Of a stretch of 42,847 bases of DNA, positions 11,947 to 24,485 are shown piece after piece. Each line of letters opens with the position of its first letter. The stretch's first letter is position 1. The translations under genes and the position numbers were made by a program. Source of the stretch: Dirinaria sp. TL-2023a (taxonomy: Eukaryota); the NCBI GenBank assembly GCA_051941275.1, contig JAVEBF010000034.1, positions 1 to 42,847 of the forward strand. The letters run 5' to 3'. The notes under the pieces are model-generated. The model had not been told where the DNA came from, did not search any database, and worked only from the letters and a program-made list of their open reading frames with translations.

Positions 11947-13590
11947 TCAGTAGTGCGAGCCAACCAAGCCGATTGTCTCTTTGCCCCGCCTAGACCAATC
12001 TTTTTTTAAATAACCCTCAATTTGTTCATTTTGCAAAGAGCCGATGACTTTGCTCAGTCTTTGGATCCCTTCATAGAGTAGTTCTTCCTCCTCCCATGCG
12101 AAACAGAGTCGAAGGCTCCCTTTCAACGCTTTCAGATCAGTATCGCCCTGGACTGCGAACAGCGAGCCCGGTGCTATGATCAGACTCTCCGTCTCCTCGG
12201 CTTCAATAGCGACATCATCAGCCGTTAGAGGCGAAGGTAGAGTAATCCAGATAAAATAGCCGCCAATAATTTCTCGATCGCTCTGGGGAAGTTTGACATC
12301 CAGCGGCAGTAGGTATTTTTCAATGGCAGAGATCATGTTGCGGTATCTTCGAGCATAGGTTGGCTGCAGTTTGCCAGTTATATGATTTTGAAGGTCGCCT
12401 GACTCAAGGAGTCTCGCCATAAACGTCGCTGTCAGCTGCGACGGCGCACCACCTGATCGAGATGATCCACTTTTCGCGAAGTTAGCAGCGATCTCACATT
12501 GCCAATTCGTTGTCTTACGCTTGAGATAAGCCATATGCGAACTTCTCAGAGCCTTCTGCCCATCCCGTTCGACATCCAGGGCCGGCCAATTTGCTGAAGC
12601 TCCCATTACTCACAGCATTCCCAAACCCATCAGCTCCCGGCCTCTCTGGTCCGCCATTCAGAGCTCGATCGACGTCTACGACGCGTGGCATCACTGCTTT
12701 GTCGGAATAAGGTTTAGAACCGCTGGCTGGCCATTGCAGTTGATCGTAAACATCGTCCGTAATAATCAGAGCGTCATAATCCCGGGCCACTGACACTAGC
12801 TCACGCCGTCGCGTAATACTCATGGTCTTGGAAGACGGATTGGAAAAGGTAGGGACTGCGTAGATGATATGACGATAGATCTTGTTCCACGGGCGAGGCG
12901 GTTTAAGAGTCTAAAGCCCAATTGTCAGCCATTAGCTTGGACTAATGAGTCACAGTGACACGCTAGAGCGCCCGATGTCCAGGTTGATAACGTAGAGTGC
13001 ACGGTTTTTCCAGCGTACAAATCTTTTGTTAAGTATACAAATGGGGATAGGCTTTCCCCACTTGCTCGCACGTATGCTACATTGCTACGATATTCTGTAT
13101 GGGTTCCTACCGGCTTTTCATTACCGTCGGCCCGAGCCTTCTGCTCGCTCTTTTGGATCTGGTCACGCAGGAAGCCGATATCGATGCCCTCGTCATCCTC
13201 TGGCACGGACCGTAGTCGGCCGTGAAAGCCAGCGTCTTCGAAGATGCGGCACGCGAGGAAGTATGTAGGTGAGACCATCCACACATTCCTCGTGAAGATA
13301 GGGTCCGAGAACTCTGCTAGGATGCGCGCAAGATTCTGGCTGGCACCTCCACTGATGCAGATTCTCTCGAATCCTATTTGCTCGATTGGTTGATAGAACG
13401 CTGTCAACCATCTTGCTGCTTGTTGCCGCAACGGTCCGTAACCTTCATCTGGCCCATATAATAGGCCGGGCGTCACAATCTCGGAATCAGACAGCGCCTC
13501 ATTCGCTGCATCTTTGATCTGAGCTGCAGGGAGTAAGCTAGGGTTTGGCCACCCTTTAAACAGGTTGATCGGGTTCTTGGAAACGCCCAT
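11947..13590 (-). CDS. PLP-dependent class I/II aminotransferase (2-aminoadipate/aromatic aminotransferase-like, yeast YER152C type; ~464 aa)
   Basis: Exons 13590-13111, 12910-12519, 12469-11947. Motifs INLFKGWPNPSLLP, YAVPTFSNP, ITDDVYD, SFSKLAGPGCRTGW (PLP lysine), GGYFIW and LRLCFA. Confidence 0.92.
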
Positions 13591-14623
13591 TCTGGCTTTC
13601 CCCAGCCATCCACAGTTCAATTCGATGAAACCTCGATGAAGCGGAAAGAAATACCACGATGAAGAGTAAAGTCTACGGATTGCGTGTGATCATGATCTGT
13701 TGCGAAGCTTGGCGCTTTCTGAGTGGCTCGCGTAGTTTCGAAGCTGGCAGGCCTGCAGAGAGACGGCAAAGTATTAGGGTTGTTACAGGGTTAGTGCCTC
13801 AGAATCAAACCCCAAGCAGACTCTGACTTACCAGGTAGATACACCATCTACACCGGCTAAAAGTATGGTATGTAAATTCAGGGTTTTCCAGATCGGAAAT
13901 TCTGAGTAGCAAGAGATGCTGAATACACCAAGCCGTACCATAGCACAAGCCAGCAGATTTCTCGTTGGCTCTGCCCCTCACGAGGCGCATGGTTGACCTC
14001 GATGCGATACGCGCAATATCCATGCCAATAATGCGTTATGGGAAAGTAACATTACCATGTCAAACCCAATATGCCATAGCGCTGCCAACACGCATATAAT
14101 AAATAATCCAGGCAAGTTCCTGAGAAAGACTCCAGGACCCCTCGGACGACTGTCTCTACGGAGATTTTAGCTACGGTATGCTGGAGGCGTCGGTAGCCCT
14201 AAATATCTCCTAGCGCGAGTACGGATATCGATTCGCGGGTACGATCAAGTGCTCTCTCAGACGATTATCCGCAAAAATTTTTCCGATACTTTGCCAATTA
14301 GAGACTACTACCCTCTAGCTGTTCTTCTTTCACAAAGTTCTTGTTAGAGGATCAAGAAAATGGTGTTTTTGAGAGATTCTTCCCCCCGATAATTCAAACC
14401 ATAGTGATCTACAAATATACCAATCTCGTTATTCTCCCCCCCTTTTTCTTTTTTGCTTTCTGGGTACACTAGTGCATGCGACCGCGAGTCGCCAATGCGC
14501 AGCACAGACCAGAGAGCAGGTCACATTGCATTACTCTCCGTCCACCTGCTGTACAAGATTTGAACGTCATCCTCTCGCCTCGATAAACGAAGACTAGAGA
14601 AGTGCTAAAGGTGCTACTCAGCC

Positions 14624-15508
14624 ATGTTTGCTCTGCGTCTGCTCAACATTTTCGTAATGTTCCATGCTGTCGCTGCAACAACCAGTGCTGTTTGCGATGC
14701 TGTCTATGGCAGACCTTCTCTCCAAGCATGCGCTAGGCTCTTCGAAAGCCTTCAAACCTTCACCCATAGCCACGATCGTTTTATGGGTGTACCCGGTATG
14801 CCATCTGGCAGACCACGTGGTGTCGAGAGAGCAGCATGGAAGGGAAGGATAACGCTCCCAAGCGTCCATGCAGCAGGTAGTCCAAATCCGCCCGAAAAGG
14901 CCAAATACTCTCCTCGGTATCATCTCACATGCTGATATCCGGATGACGCGAAACACAGGCGATTGTAATCTCGCTTTGATCTCTATTTTGGACCTTAATG
15001 GCGAATACACATGGATGGTCGATAATCTCCGACGTATCGCCCAGCTCGAAGATGACCCCCTCAAGGGCATCAATGTACAATCCGTTTTCGGCAAATGCGT
15101 ATGCCTCTTAGGGCCGCACACTTCACTTGGAGGCTTCCGCCAAGTCCGTCAGTCGAGTCTTTCCTACTTTCGAAGGAAGAGAACGCGCAATACTAATCTG
15201 TCTATTTAGCTGATCAACCCGGACTGATAATGATCCTTTTTGCAAGCGATTCAACATACGAGCAATTCCTATTAAGTGGTCTGGGAGCCGAACATTATGA
15301 CGCAGCGAAGGAGCTCCCAGGTGGGTTGTATTTGCCATTCTGGCCCAGCGCAGTGAGAAACTCATCGCTATTATTCAACTCGACAAATCGCTTGTCTTTG
15401 CCAAGACCAATGAATCTCACCACTGCTGCTGATGCTCCGACTTCTGGCTCACTCACGTCTTCTAAGGAAAGGCGTTCAATCAGGAGCTATAGGCGAAGAC
15501 AACGGTGA
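14624..15508 (+). CDS. Secreted Cys-containing protein of unknown function (~246 aa)
   Basis: Exons 14624-14876, 14959-15147, 15210-15508 join three ORFs in frame through GT-AG introns with branch sites. Signal-like MFALRLLNIFVMFHAVAA followed by CDAVYGRPSLQAC. Confidence 0.72.
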
Positions 15509-16337
15509 TAGACTACGTCTGTTCGGCTCTCGACACAATTTTCGGGAGCATACTCTATTCAAAGTCTTCTTCGACATCATATGCTCCTTGAGCAAATTGG
15601 CGTAAAGATAATATTTCTCTGAAGCCACTGGCGAGTGATCACGCGCTGGCAGAAGGTTCACACCTCGAAGCTTTAATTAGAATGCGACGTCGTAGGATGT
15701 TTCTATTTGAGTAGCGGATGTAAAATTTCGCCACAATTTTGAAAAAAATGGCAGCCAATAAATCCCTCTGTCGATAAAGGATCGCTAAGATGAAATAAGC
15801 AAGGAGTTTCCAAAGTTAAAGATATACCCATCACACCGCGTGAGCTACTCTCCTCCACCCACCAGAACAAACCCATAAAAACCTTAAACATCAGCGCGAC
15901 CTGTACAGTGTATATACCATCTTCTAGCTGCCTCCCATCAGAGATATTCAATGATTGCGTGCGGCCCGATCAAGCACATGAACCTGTTGAGCCGTCATCG
16001 TTTTATCCAGAATGACTATTCGAACTTGGTGGATGCTACAACCCATATTCATTGACTTATTGAATGATTGAATGATACCTTGCCGACATTAGAATCAAGT
16101 GTGCATTTTGAGGAATGATCTTGACTAGGTATCAGATGTAGACTGCAAATTACTAGGTAGATATATGGTGAAACAGAAGAGGTTTGAGTAGATGACGGTC
16201 CTGAGGAGCCGAGGAACGCCTAACCCTTGCTAGGTCGTCAAGGTACAGGGCAATATCCATCAATCTTCTATCTTCTTGTAAAGACCCATTCCTAAGATAT
16301 CTTGCCGATTCTCATGATTTTAAGCCAGCATCTCAGG

Positions 16338-16372
16338 AAAAAAAGAAAAAAAGAAGAAAAAAAAAATAAAAA
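16338..16372. repeat. A-rich low-complexity tract
   Basis: Interrupted poly(A) run read directly in intergenic DNA. Confidence 0.8.
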
Positions 16373-16888
16373 ATTCTTGTCCCACGCTCTGCCAGAATTA
16401 ATCGCGAAACCGTATTACCGGAATACGGATGAATTTGTACATCGAGGAAGAGTCATCCATGGATTTAACAGCCCGCTGAATCCACACTGCTCACAAGGAG
16501 TGCATTGAGCTAGCGATCACAAACATGAATCGATACATCGATACTCGATAGATCAATCGAGAAATGCAAGTAAGCGCTTGTTGGGAGCTCCGCAGGGAAT
16601 CTCCCCCGCACAGTCGTTAATGCTGCTAAATTCTCTGCCAAAGACCATACCTCGACTTCCTTTTTTCAACCATAGAGCCGCAAATGTAGGATACAAAGAT
16701 GCACAGAAATTTTCCACGCTCATGCGTACGACGCTTCGTAACGGTCTTGGAGATGGCAGCGGATGTAGGGTCAGAAGCGACAGAGTGATCCTTCGCGCGT
16801 CACCGAACCACAGGCTTTGGCTCATTATGATCTTCTTTCGCTTTCCCACTGCGAATTTTATTTGTCGTTCCCATCTCTCTAATTCGTC

Positions 16889-17572
16889 ATGAACATGTTC
16901 GCAGTCGCACTGTTTTGCATCTCGATGTATCACTTGACGAAACCCGCCCTTGCAATGCCTCCGCCACCATCGACAAGCCCACTCTTCGCGTTGATCCAGG
17001 CTCAAGGCAATAACATGACCATCTCTTCTAACTTTACCAACCTCCAGTATAAATCTTCTAATTCTCTGTTTCTTTTTTTTTTTTTTTCAAATGATCAGCT
17101 AGCTAAACCTCTCTGCTCCAGCGCGCCCCCACCTCCTGGCTTCCACATCGACGGAAGCGCTGACCGCTACCTGCCACTTCCATACCGCATCACATTCCAG
17201 AATTACGGCGCCGCAATCGTCCACCCCGCCAACGCTCACACATGCCTCAATAGAGCGGCCTCGGTAATGTATTCGATGCACGAACCGTCCTTCATGGGAA
17301 CCCAAGAGCGGCTATACATACATGAGGATGTGATACTTGAAATTGTTCCAGGTCCGACACTGACGTGGGGTTATTGGGGCGCGGCAATCCGAGCACTGGA
17401 TACGATGTGGAGAGAGTGGGATGTGGTGGAGCTCGAACTCGCGATTGTGGTTGAGAAAGAAGGATTATTGGGGAAAGGGTACTTGTCTAATCTTCCTAGC
17501 CAGCAGAGACAGGTGAGAGGGGGACGTCGTGGCGGTAGTAAGAGATACTCCTTGCGTCCATCATTTCAATAG
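16889..17572 (+). CDS. Small secreted protein of unknown function
   Basis: Signal-like N-terminus MFAVALFCISMYHLTKPALA. Probable in-frame 75-nt intron 17047-17121 (GTATAA, poly-T, GCTAAA, CAG). C-terminal LTWGYWGAAIRAL...GLLGKGYL segment. The 3' end is uncertain: a possible intron 17513-17572 would move the stop to ~17596. Confidence 0.68.
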   Translation: MNMFAVALFCISMYHLTKPALAMPPPPSTSPLFALIQAQGNNMTISSNFTNLQYKSSNSLFLFFFFSNDQLAKPLCSSAPPPPGFHIDGSADRYLPLPYRITFQNYGAAIVHPANAHTCLNRAASVMYSMHEPSFMGTQERLYIHEDVILEIVPGPTLTWGYWGAAIRALDTMWREWDVVELELAIVVEKEGLLGKGYLSNLPSQQRQVRGGRRGGSKRYSLRPSFQ

Positions 17573-18140
17573 GAGAACTCTTGGGTGTATCGATGAGATT
17601 TCGGTCATCTATCTCGATATGGTCAGACTCGGGGCCTCTAAAAGCATCGAATTATTGGTTCTAGTAACCTACGCTGGCTTCACGGAGCTGTATATGGTGA
17701 GTTGAGTTGCTTGGGGTCTGTATCCGGTAAAAGCGAGTGAGAAATATAAAGTCCTGGCAATGAAAAGGACATCCCAGGTTAGAAAATATGCTTGATCGAC
17801 TGAAATGAGGTAGAGGATATGCTGGGATTTATCAGCTAGACGATTCGTGAAAGATGCAAATAAGCTATTGGGCTGGCGGCCTAAGGCCTAGGAAACCACA
17901 TGAATGTCTGAGTTAATGATGGCGATCCGTAGCTAAATATCACTGGCCGAACTAGGAAATGATATTGTGAGTAATGCTAGGGACTACACAATTGGCGGGA
18001 ATACTCTGTACAAGAAATCAGGGATCAGAATCATCCTCAAATCTTGATAGATAAGAATCACCTGGTCTAAGCAGATTCCAAGCTCGTTGGCACAATTGTA
18101 CGTTCATTCCCTCCAGGCTATTTCAGGCTAGAGTCGAACC

Positions 18141-19143
18141 CTACCACTCAATAACTCTTTCATTTTGCCAGAATTCGCCGTATATTCCCCTGATATCCCC
18201 TAACGCTAAAAGTACGGGCGTCTGTGCGCCCTCATCGATTGTTTTACTGCCCCGATGCTTCGACATATCCGTGTCCACAAACCCGGGACAGCAGCTATTC
18301 ACCAACACGGTCCCTCCCTGCTGCTTGTGCTCAAGCGCGATCGCTCTTGTCATGCCTGTGATGCCGCTCTTACTGACCGCATATGCTGCGCTAGGCCATC
18401 CTTTTTCTTCCTGCCTTCCCTCCCTGACGGCAGATATAAAACCTTCCATCAATGTAGTTACATCGTCTACAGTCTTAGATGAGGCGAATGCGAAGCGAAC
18501 ACGTTCCGAGTATTTGCCTTTTAGATGGCCGGCCATGCTTGAGACGTTGATAAGGCGTCCGCCTTCACGTAGGAGAGGTAGGAAGGAGCGAGTGGCGGAA
18601 AGAGTCCCGTAGTAGTTAGTGTGCAGCGTTCCTTGGACCACATTCATATCTGCGCCAGGGTTTTAGCAAATATACGCGTTTCGGAAACTTTTAGTCTACC
18701 ATACCAAAGCCATCCATGGCTATGCCGGCGTTATTGACAACTATGTCGACGCCCTCTGGATGCTCTCTTTGGATAAAAGAAGCGAATTCCGTAATACTTT
18801 TCGGCTTCGATATATCCAGGCCATGGTACCTGATAGAAGCTAGCCCTCCATCGCTAGCCAATGCGTTCGCTTTCTTCAACTGTGTATCATTTTGCAAAGT
18901 TTTGGCTGCTTCTTCGCCTCTAGCCTGATCACGGGCAGTGAGGTAGATAAGGAAGGGTCCGTTGTTGAAGGTCGAGGCGGGATACTGGAGAGCTAGATGG
19001 CGGACGATAGCGAAGCCTTTTCGATCATTGAAGTCAGCGACTTCGTTCCTGCAAAGATCTATATTTCGCCCAGACAGGACGAAAAGCTACTGACCGATTC
19101 CCTTGTTAGCCCCAGTCACAACGGCAACACGAGTAAACGCCAT
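18141..19143 (-). CDS. Carbonyl reductase (CBR1-like SDR, ~289 aa)
   Basis: Exons 19143-19095, 19016-18705, 18649-18141. Motifs VAVVTGANKGIG, YLTARD, VVNNAGI, NVSS, YAVSK and SCCPGFVDTDM. Confidence 0.93.
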
Positions 19144-19581
19144 CCTAGCAGACGTAAGGGTCAAGGGAAGTAGGAGTGACGGAGAAAAAAGAGGATTCAG
19201 ACATGATGATGAGACGAGTATTACTAATACCGAATTTTATTCAATTAGGAATGAATCAATAATGAGTACTACATCATGGATTGGTAATAATGATTGTCGA
19301 ATAATGCGAGTAATTTGACGCGTCTTTTGATCGGCAAGAGTTGCCAGCTTCACTTTCCGAAGCTAAACCTTAATGGGGTTTCGCGATAAGCGTCATCACG
19401 CAGGAATGACGTAGAGGTACCTTAGATCAAGATGGTCTTCAGATCTTGTTCATGTGATAATCTACCTTAGATCCAGGATTTCGTCACGCGTTCTGATTTG
19501 GAAAAGCCGGCTTTCGAGCACAACTTCTCAGTCTACTGTACACGGTCCCTTTAAAGGATACAGATTCGTCTGACAGCAATA

Positions 19582-20219
19582 ATGTCGCACCCTTCCGAAG
19601 ATCAAAAGAAAGCCATCTACGAGGGCCTGTCCGATGACCAAAAGAAGAAGCAAAGCTACACCGAATGGGTGAAAGACGCCTATAACAACCAGTACGAGCA
19701 GTGGATGCCTTGGATCGAAGACAAATATCTAGCTTGGTTTGGGACAGACAACAAGGCTTCCTATGCAACTAAGGGTACAGTACTCTCTGCGTGATCGATC
19801 CATTCCTTTCGAAAACCGAATCCCTTGGCATGTACTCTCGCTGACACTCCTCTCCTATAGATGCGCTTGACAAAACCAAAGTCACCGGCGTCTCCCAAGT
19901 GGACAACCTTCAGGACGGCGTGAATAACCTTGTCGGCGGCCAGGTGGGGAAAGAGGGGCTGCTCGCTCCTGTAGGAGACGCGGTCTCCAAGGAAGGCATC
20001 AACCGTGCCGAGCGAGGTGGCAAGGATGAGAAGGGTACCTACGGCGGAGCCGCGGCCGCAGTTACAGACCCGGTGGCTCAGAATGCGAAAACTGGTGGGG
20101 CAGGATTGGCAGGGTATGCACAATCGGCAGGGAGTGCAGTGACCGATGGCGCGAAAGGTGCCAGCGGGTACATCAGTGGCATGTTCGGTGGCGGAGGAGA
20201 GAAGAAGACAGAATCATGA
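19582..20219 (+). CDS. Small hydrophilic Gly/Lys-rich fungal protein (~183 aa), possibly stress- or desiccation-related
   Basis: Exons 19582-19774 and 19861-20219 (GTACAG..CTGAC..TAG). Segments YEQWMPWIEDKYLAWFG and VSKEGINRAERGGKD, with a Gly/Ala-rich tail. The function is inference from composition. Confidence 0.8.
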
Positions 20220-22938
20220 ATGGTTTTGCTTGACGGCTGACAACGGCTGCGAGGCACGGTGCGATATTCTGGCCCAAGTGTATTAGCTCGTCAGGTCACA
20301 GTGATAATTCTATGCAAGGTCAGAAATGAAGGTTGTTCTTCTTTCCAGCCGGGTGCTCAAGGGTTCATGGCATCTGAATTGATATTGACGCATTATCCCT
20401 CGCAGATTATCTCATAGGTCTGCCTTGCGCCCTTCGAACAATTGAGATGATGGAAGACTACCTTAGCATTTTGCGCGCTAAACGAACATCCGTGGATGGC
20501 CAGCCGCTTACCTGGTTTCTCAAATGGTAGGCCGATTCTTTCCCATAGATTTCTTCCAATTTTGGGTCTTCATCTCCGTGCTCAAAACAACCATTCGCAT
20601 GTTTAATTAGAATTCGTTTTGTTGCGCTATCAAACAAGAAAATTCCCTTTGAAACCGCATTAAAATGTAACTTACGCACAGTATATCTTGTATCGCGATC
20701 CTCCTTTCGCTGCAGACCAATGAGGTAGCAGGGAGAGGTGATAGACTGACCTGGTCCCGCTTGCGTGGTCTATGAAGAAGCGGACTGGAAATACTTTTGG
20801 GTGAATGTTACCCCATTTTTCGAAACTAAGCTCGGTCATACATGTCTCTTTTTTGATCAGCTTGATCTGCTAGTAAGTTGTCTCTAGCAGTATCTGACTT
20901 CATCACAAATGACTCTTTACTGTTTTCAGGCAAGCCACTCCTTCGAGGGCATATTTAATCTGTGTCAGCATAAGCATGCTAGTCATGCTATCAAGCCGTG
21001 CGCCTCCTTCGACGTTGGCCCACAAAAGGAAGCACCACATGCTCTGCTGGTTTCGGTCGCATCAATTTGGTGTTGTGTCCTTACCAGGAAATGGTTGAGA
21101 ATCAGTTGTTTGACATTTTCAGACGTCCAGCTCCGTATAGCGTATACGCTAATTTAGACGAGCAATAATTTGATCACGAGAAGAAAAGATCTGAAGAGAG
21201 TACTAGTTGTGAATTGATATCATAACAGAGTGATGAGCAGCTCTAAGTAGCCAAAAGCAGGCCTCAGACTTCGTACAGTTCTTTCTACACGCAACGCTTG
21301 AGGCTTCAGGGTTCATAGTCAATCGCGCTGCACGGAATTGTATTAAATTAAGCATACCCTATACACACACAAAAAAAAAAACGAAAATATCGTTTTCTTC
21401 TGAAATCTGAGGTAGCACACAAGCGACCTATATATCATGAATCGGTTCTGAATTAGAACGTGTATCTCTCAACCAATCCGTCAGAGACTCCACACGGCAA
21501 AGCAAATCTTAGGATATATACTACAGCCTCAAGGATCTTATGTCTACAATGAAATTCAACGCAAGGAAGTCAGGCAATCAATACAGCAGCAAGCCATCAA
21601 GCCTACGTCGACGATCATGCCGTCACTCAGAAATCAAATTGGAGAGCGATGACCCCCCAGGAAGGATCAGGATTGCATGCTTGAGCTGTCGAGCTTCAAT
21701 CCAAGCTCATGGAGAAGTGCGCCCTCCAGTATCTATTTGAAAAAGTAATACCTCAGCGCAGCTTAGCCTGGGGGACTTGCGCTGCGCAAGATCTCTTCCA
21801 TAACGCCTAAGTCCAGCCCATTTGAGCATCGAATCGATCACGACGGATGTTCCTAAAACCTCATATCCCGTGAGATTGACCAACGACACCTATACGCCGA
21901 GTCATTCTTCTACTGATCCACTCGTCACACGATACCTTTTTCCAATGGCATCACTACCACGAATCCTCCTCCTTCCAGGCAATTAGGAAGGTCCTCACGT
22001 CTACGACTGACTTCTCTACTGCCATCAGCACCACAGCCCCCGCACCAGCATCATTTCTCTCTCCAGTACGGACTGTAAGTCCTCGGCAACCCGAGCATGA
22101 AAGAGGATGCTGCCTTCATTCGAAAACACGCCCAGCAACTCTAAAAGCGTCTTCATATATTTTTCAAAATCCCTGACGGATGCCATCTTGCGAAAATACT
22201 GACTGGAAAAATCTAAATAGTGGAACGAAGCCCATATTAGAACATAGAGCTGAAGGAAATTTTTGAACAGGGAGCGCTCGTAAGAAATGAAAAGATCGTC
22301 AAAAAGAGAGGGAAAAAAACAAAACAAAAATAGGGAAGGCAGCTACCCATGCCGTGATGACGAATGAAGTTTGGCGCCATATCCCTTGTCTCGAAGGTGG
22401 GTCGTTGACTTGGTAGTTGTTAAGAACTTGTGATCATAAATTGAGCTTGAAGTTGCAGATCGCTTGACTGAGAAATGTCAAGCGTGGAAAATCTTCTACA
22501 TACCATCCACGGGCGCTGAAAACTGCTGTAAGGGTAACAAATGAAGATTAAGAAGACAATAAAAGAGTTTCGGAAGGAATAGCTACTGGTTTAGAACTTC
22601 GAGCATACCCTGGCTCGTCCTAAACCAATGCTATTAATCAGCGCACAGGCTTCATTCTATTCACTCAAAGTAGTCGACGAGCACTCGGTCGTATCAAGGC
22701 TAGCGACGAGCTTGTATAATAGAGGATAACATGTTGTTAGTGAGAGATGCGGATAGTTTCAGCGGCTTCCTTGGCTGCAGCTGTGCCACATGATGTCCCA
22801 TGTACTGCGCCTCGACGTCGAAGCGAATTTCCCTCAGTGGTGGACACTGCGCTTGCGGCTTTGCCTTAGATAAGACGGGGTACGAGTACAGCCCCGCTTC
22901 GTGGTTGCCAGGAGAAGAGCGCTGCAGAATTCTTGCAA

Positions 22939-24485
22939 ATGGCCTCAACCCGAATAGCTGAGCTCTCATCGCTCATTGCCACGCACACCGCTAATGTCGA
23001 CGCCTACCTGGCCGCCATTGGCTCGTCGTCGCCGTCGTTCGAGCCAGGACAGGCCTCGAACACTTTATCAGACGAACCGATTGCGGTGTCTCGCCAAATC
23101 ATTTTAGATGCAACAGACGAGCTGCATGCCTTGATGCTTGGACCAGCCGGTATACTGACATCTCCATTTGTTCGTTGCACTTATTCCATGCACAAAGTCA
23201 TTGATCAAACCGCATGATGCAAACAGCTTGAGCTAATTTTCAACCCTGTACAGCATAACTCGCTGATCAGTCTCCATGCAATTTGTCACTTTGGACTCGC
23301 AACAAAATTCCCTACAAACAAAGAGAGCGCATCCTTCGCGGAAATTGCAGACGGAACCAGCTTGAACGAGTCTATGGTGCGCCGAATCATCCGTCATGCC
23401 GCCTCCTATCGAATTTTTCGTGAGCCTCGAAAAGGATTTGTGGAGCATACGGGCGCCTCCAAATTTCTTGCCGAAAACCATGACATGCGTCAATGGATTG
23501 GAATGGTATCTGAAGAAATGTGGCCAGCAGCTACAAAGGCACGTTCACTGCACTTGAATGTTTTTCGTCTGCCTGCAAGCTGATGCGGGAATGGAGCAGA
23601 CAGTGAAAGCGCTCGAGGAGTGGCCAGGGTCTGACGAACCCAATCATGCGGTGATTTTCTCGTTTTTGCGGCGATAGGTATACGTTGGCTGATCAATTTA
23701 CAAAAAACAAGGGTTTCAATATTGCCCACCGTACGGAAAAAGTGAGTTTCGACGTCCTTTCCAGTGATCCAGACCGAGAGCAACGGTACGCAGCCGCCAT
23801 GAAATGGTTCAGCACAAGCCCAAGTCTAGAGCCAGCCCATATAGTGAACGGATTTGATTGGGCAAGGCTTGGTAAAGCGACTGTTGTCGATGTCGGAGGA
23901 TCGCACGGATCGCTTAGCATAGCGCTTTCTTCGGCATTCCCCAAACTGTCTTGTATAGTCCAGGATCGAGCGGAAGTCGTAGAAGTTGGACGAGCTTCAT
24001 TACCCACTACGGTCGAAGATCACGTTTCGTTCATGGAGCATGACTTCTTCAAAGAGCAGCCTACCAAAGCGGCCGCCGTCTATATCCTCCGATGGATACT
24101 TCATGACTGGTCTGACACTTATGCAATCAAAATTCTTCGAGTACTAACACCGGCCCTTGTTGAAAACTCCAAGATCCTGATTTGCGAATCCGTTCTCCCG
24201 GATCCGGGAAGCGTCTCTACGTTACGTGACCGGACCGCACGGTAATCGTACCCATCTCAAGCAATTCTGAACACTAAACACGCTAACTCGATAATGTAAC
24301 ACAGAAGCATGGACCTTTCGATGCTGGAATTCCATAACGGCAAAGAGCGCGACCACGATGACTGGGTTGAACTGCTTCATGTGGCCGACCCGCGGTATCA
24401 AGTGATCAGTATCAGGCAGCCACCGTTGTCACGTCTAGCACTATTGGAAGTAGGCTGGCGCGGCGATGCTGCCACGCTCGCATAG
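22939..24485 (+). CDS. SAM-dependent O-methyltransferase, fungal secondary-metabolite type (Methyltransf_2, OmtA-like; ~425 aa)
   Basis: Exons 22939-23169, 23254-23538, 23600-23650, 23712-24241, 24305-24485; the second intron is GC-AG. Motifs VVDVGGSHG, HDFF, LRWILHDWSD (catalytic His-Asp) and NGKER. Confidence 0.92.

Noticed and set aside
13774..13795. TTAGGG-like motifs (also CCTAACCCT near 16219)
   Set aside because: One or two degenerate units only; not a telomeric array.
7027..19143. Including the two SDRs and the aminotransferase in the PKS cluster (an amino-polyketide idea)
   Set aside because: They are 4-15 kb from the OMT, separated by unrelated secreted genes and gene-poor DNA, and look like widely conserved enzymes. 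Only co-expression or synteny could link them.
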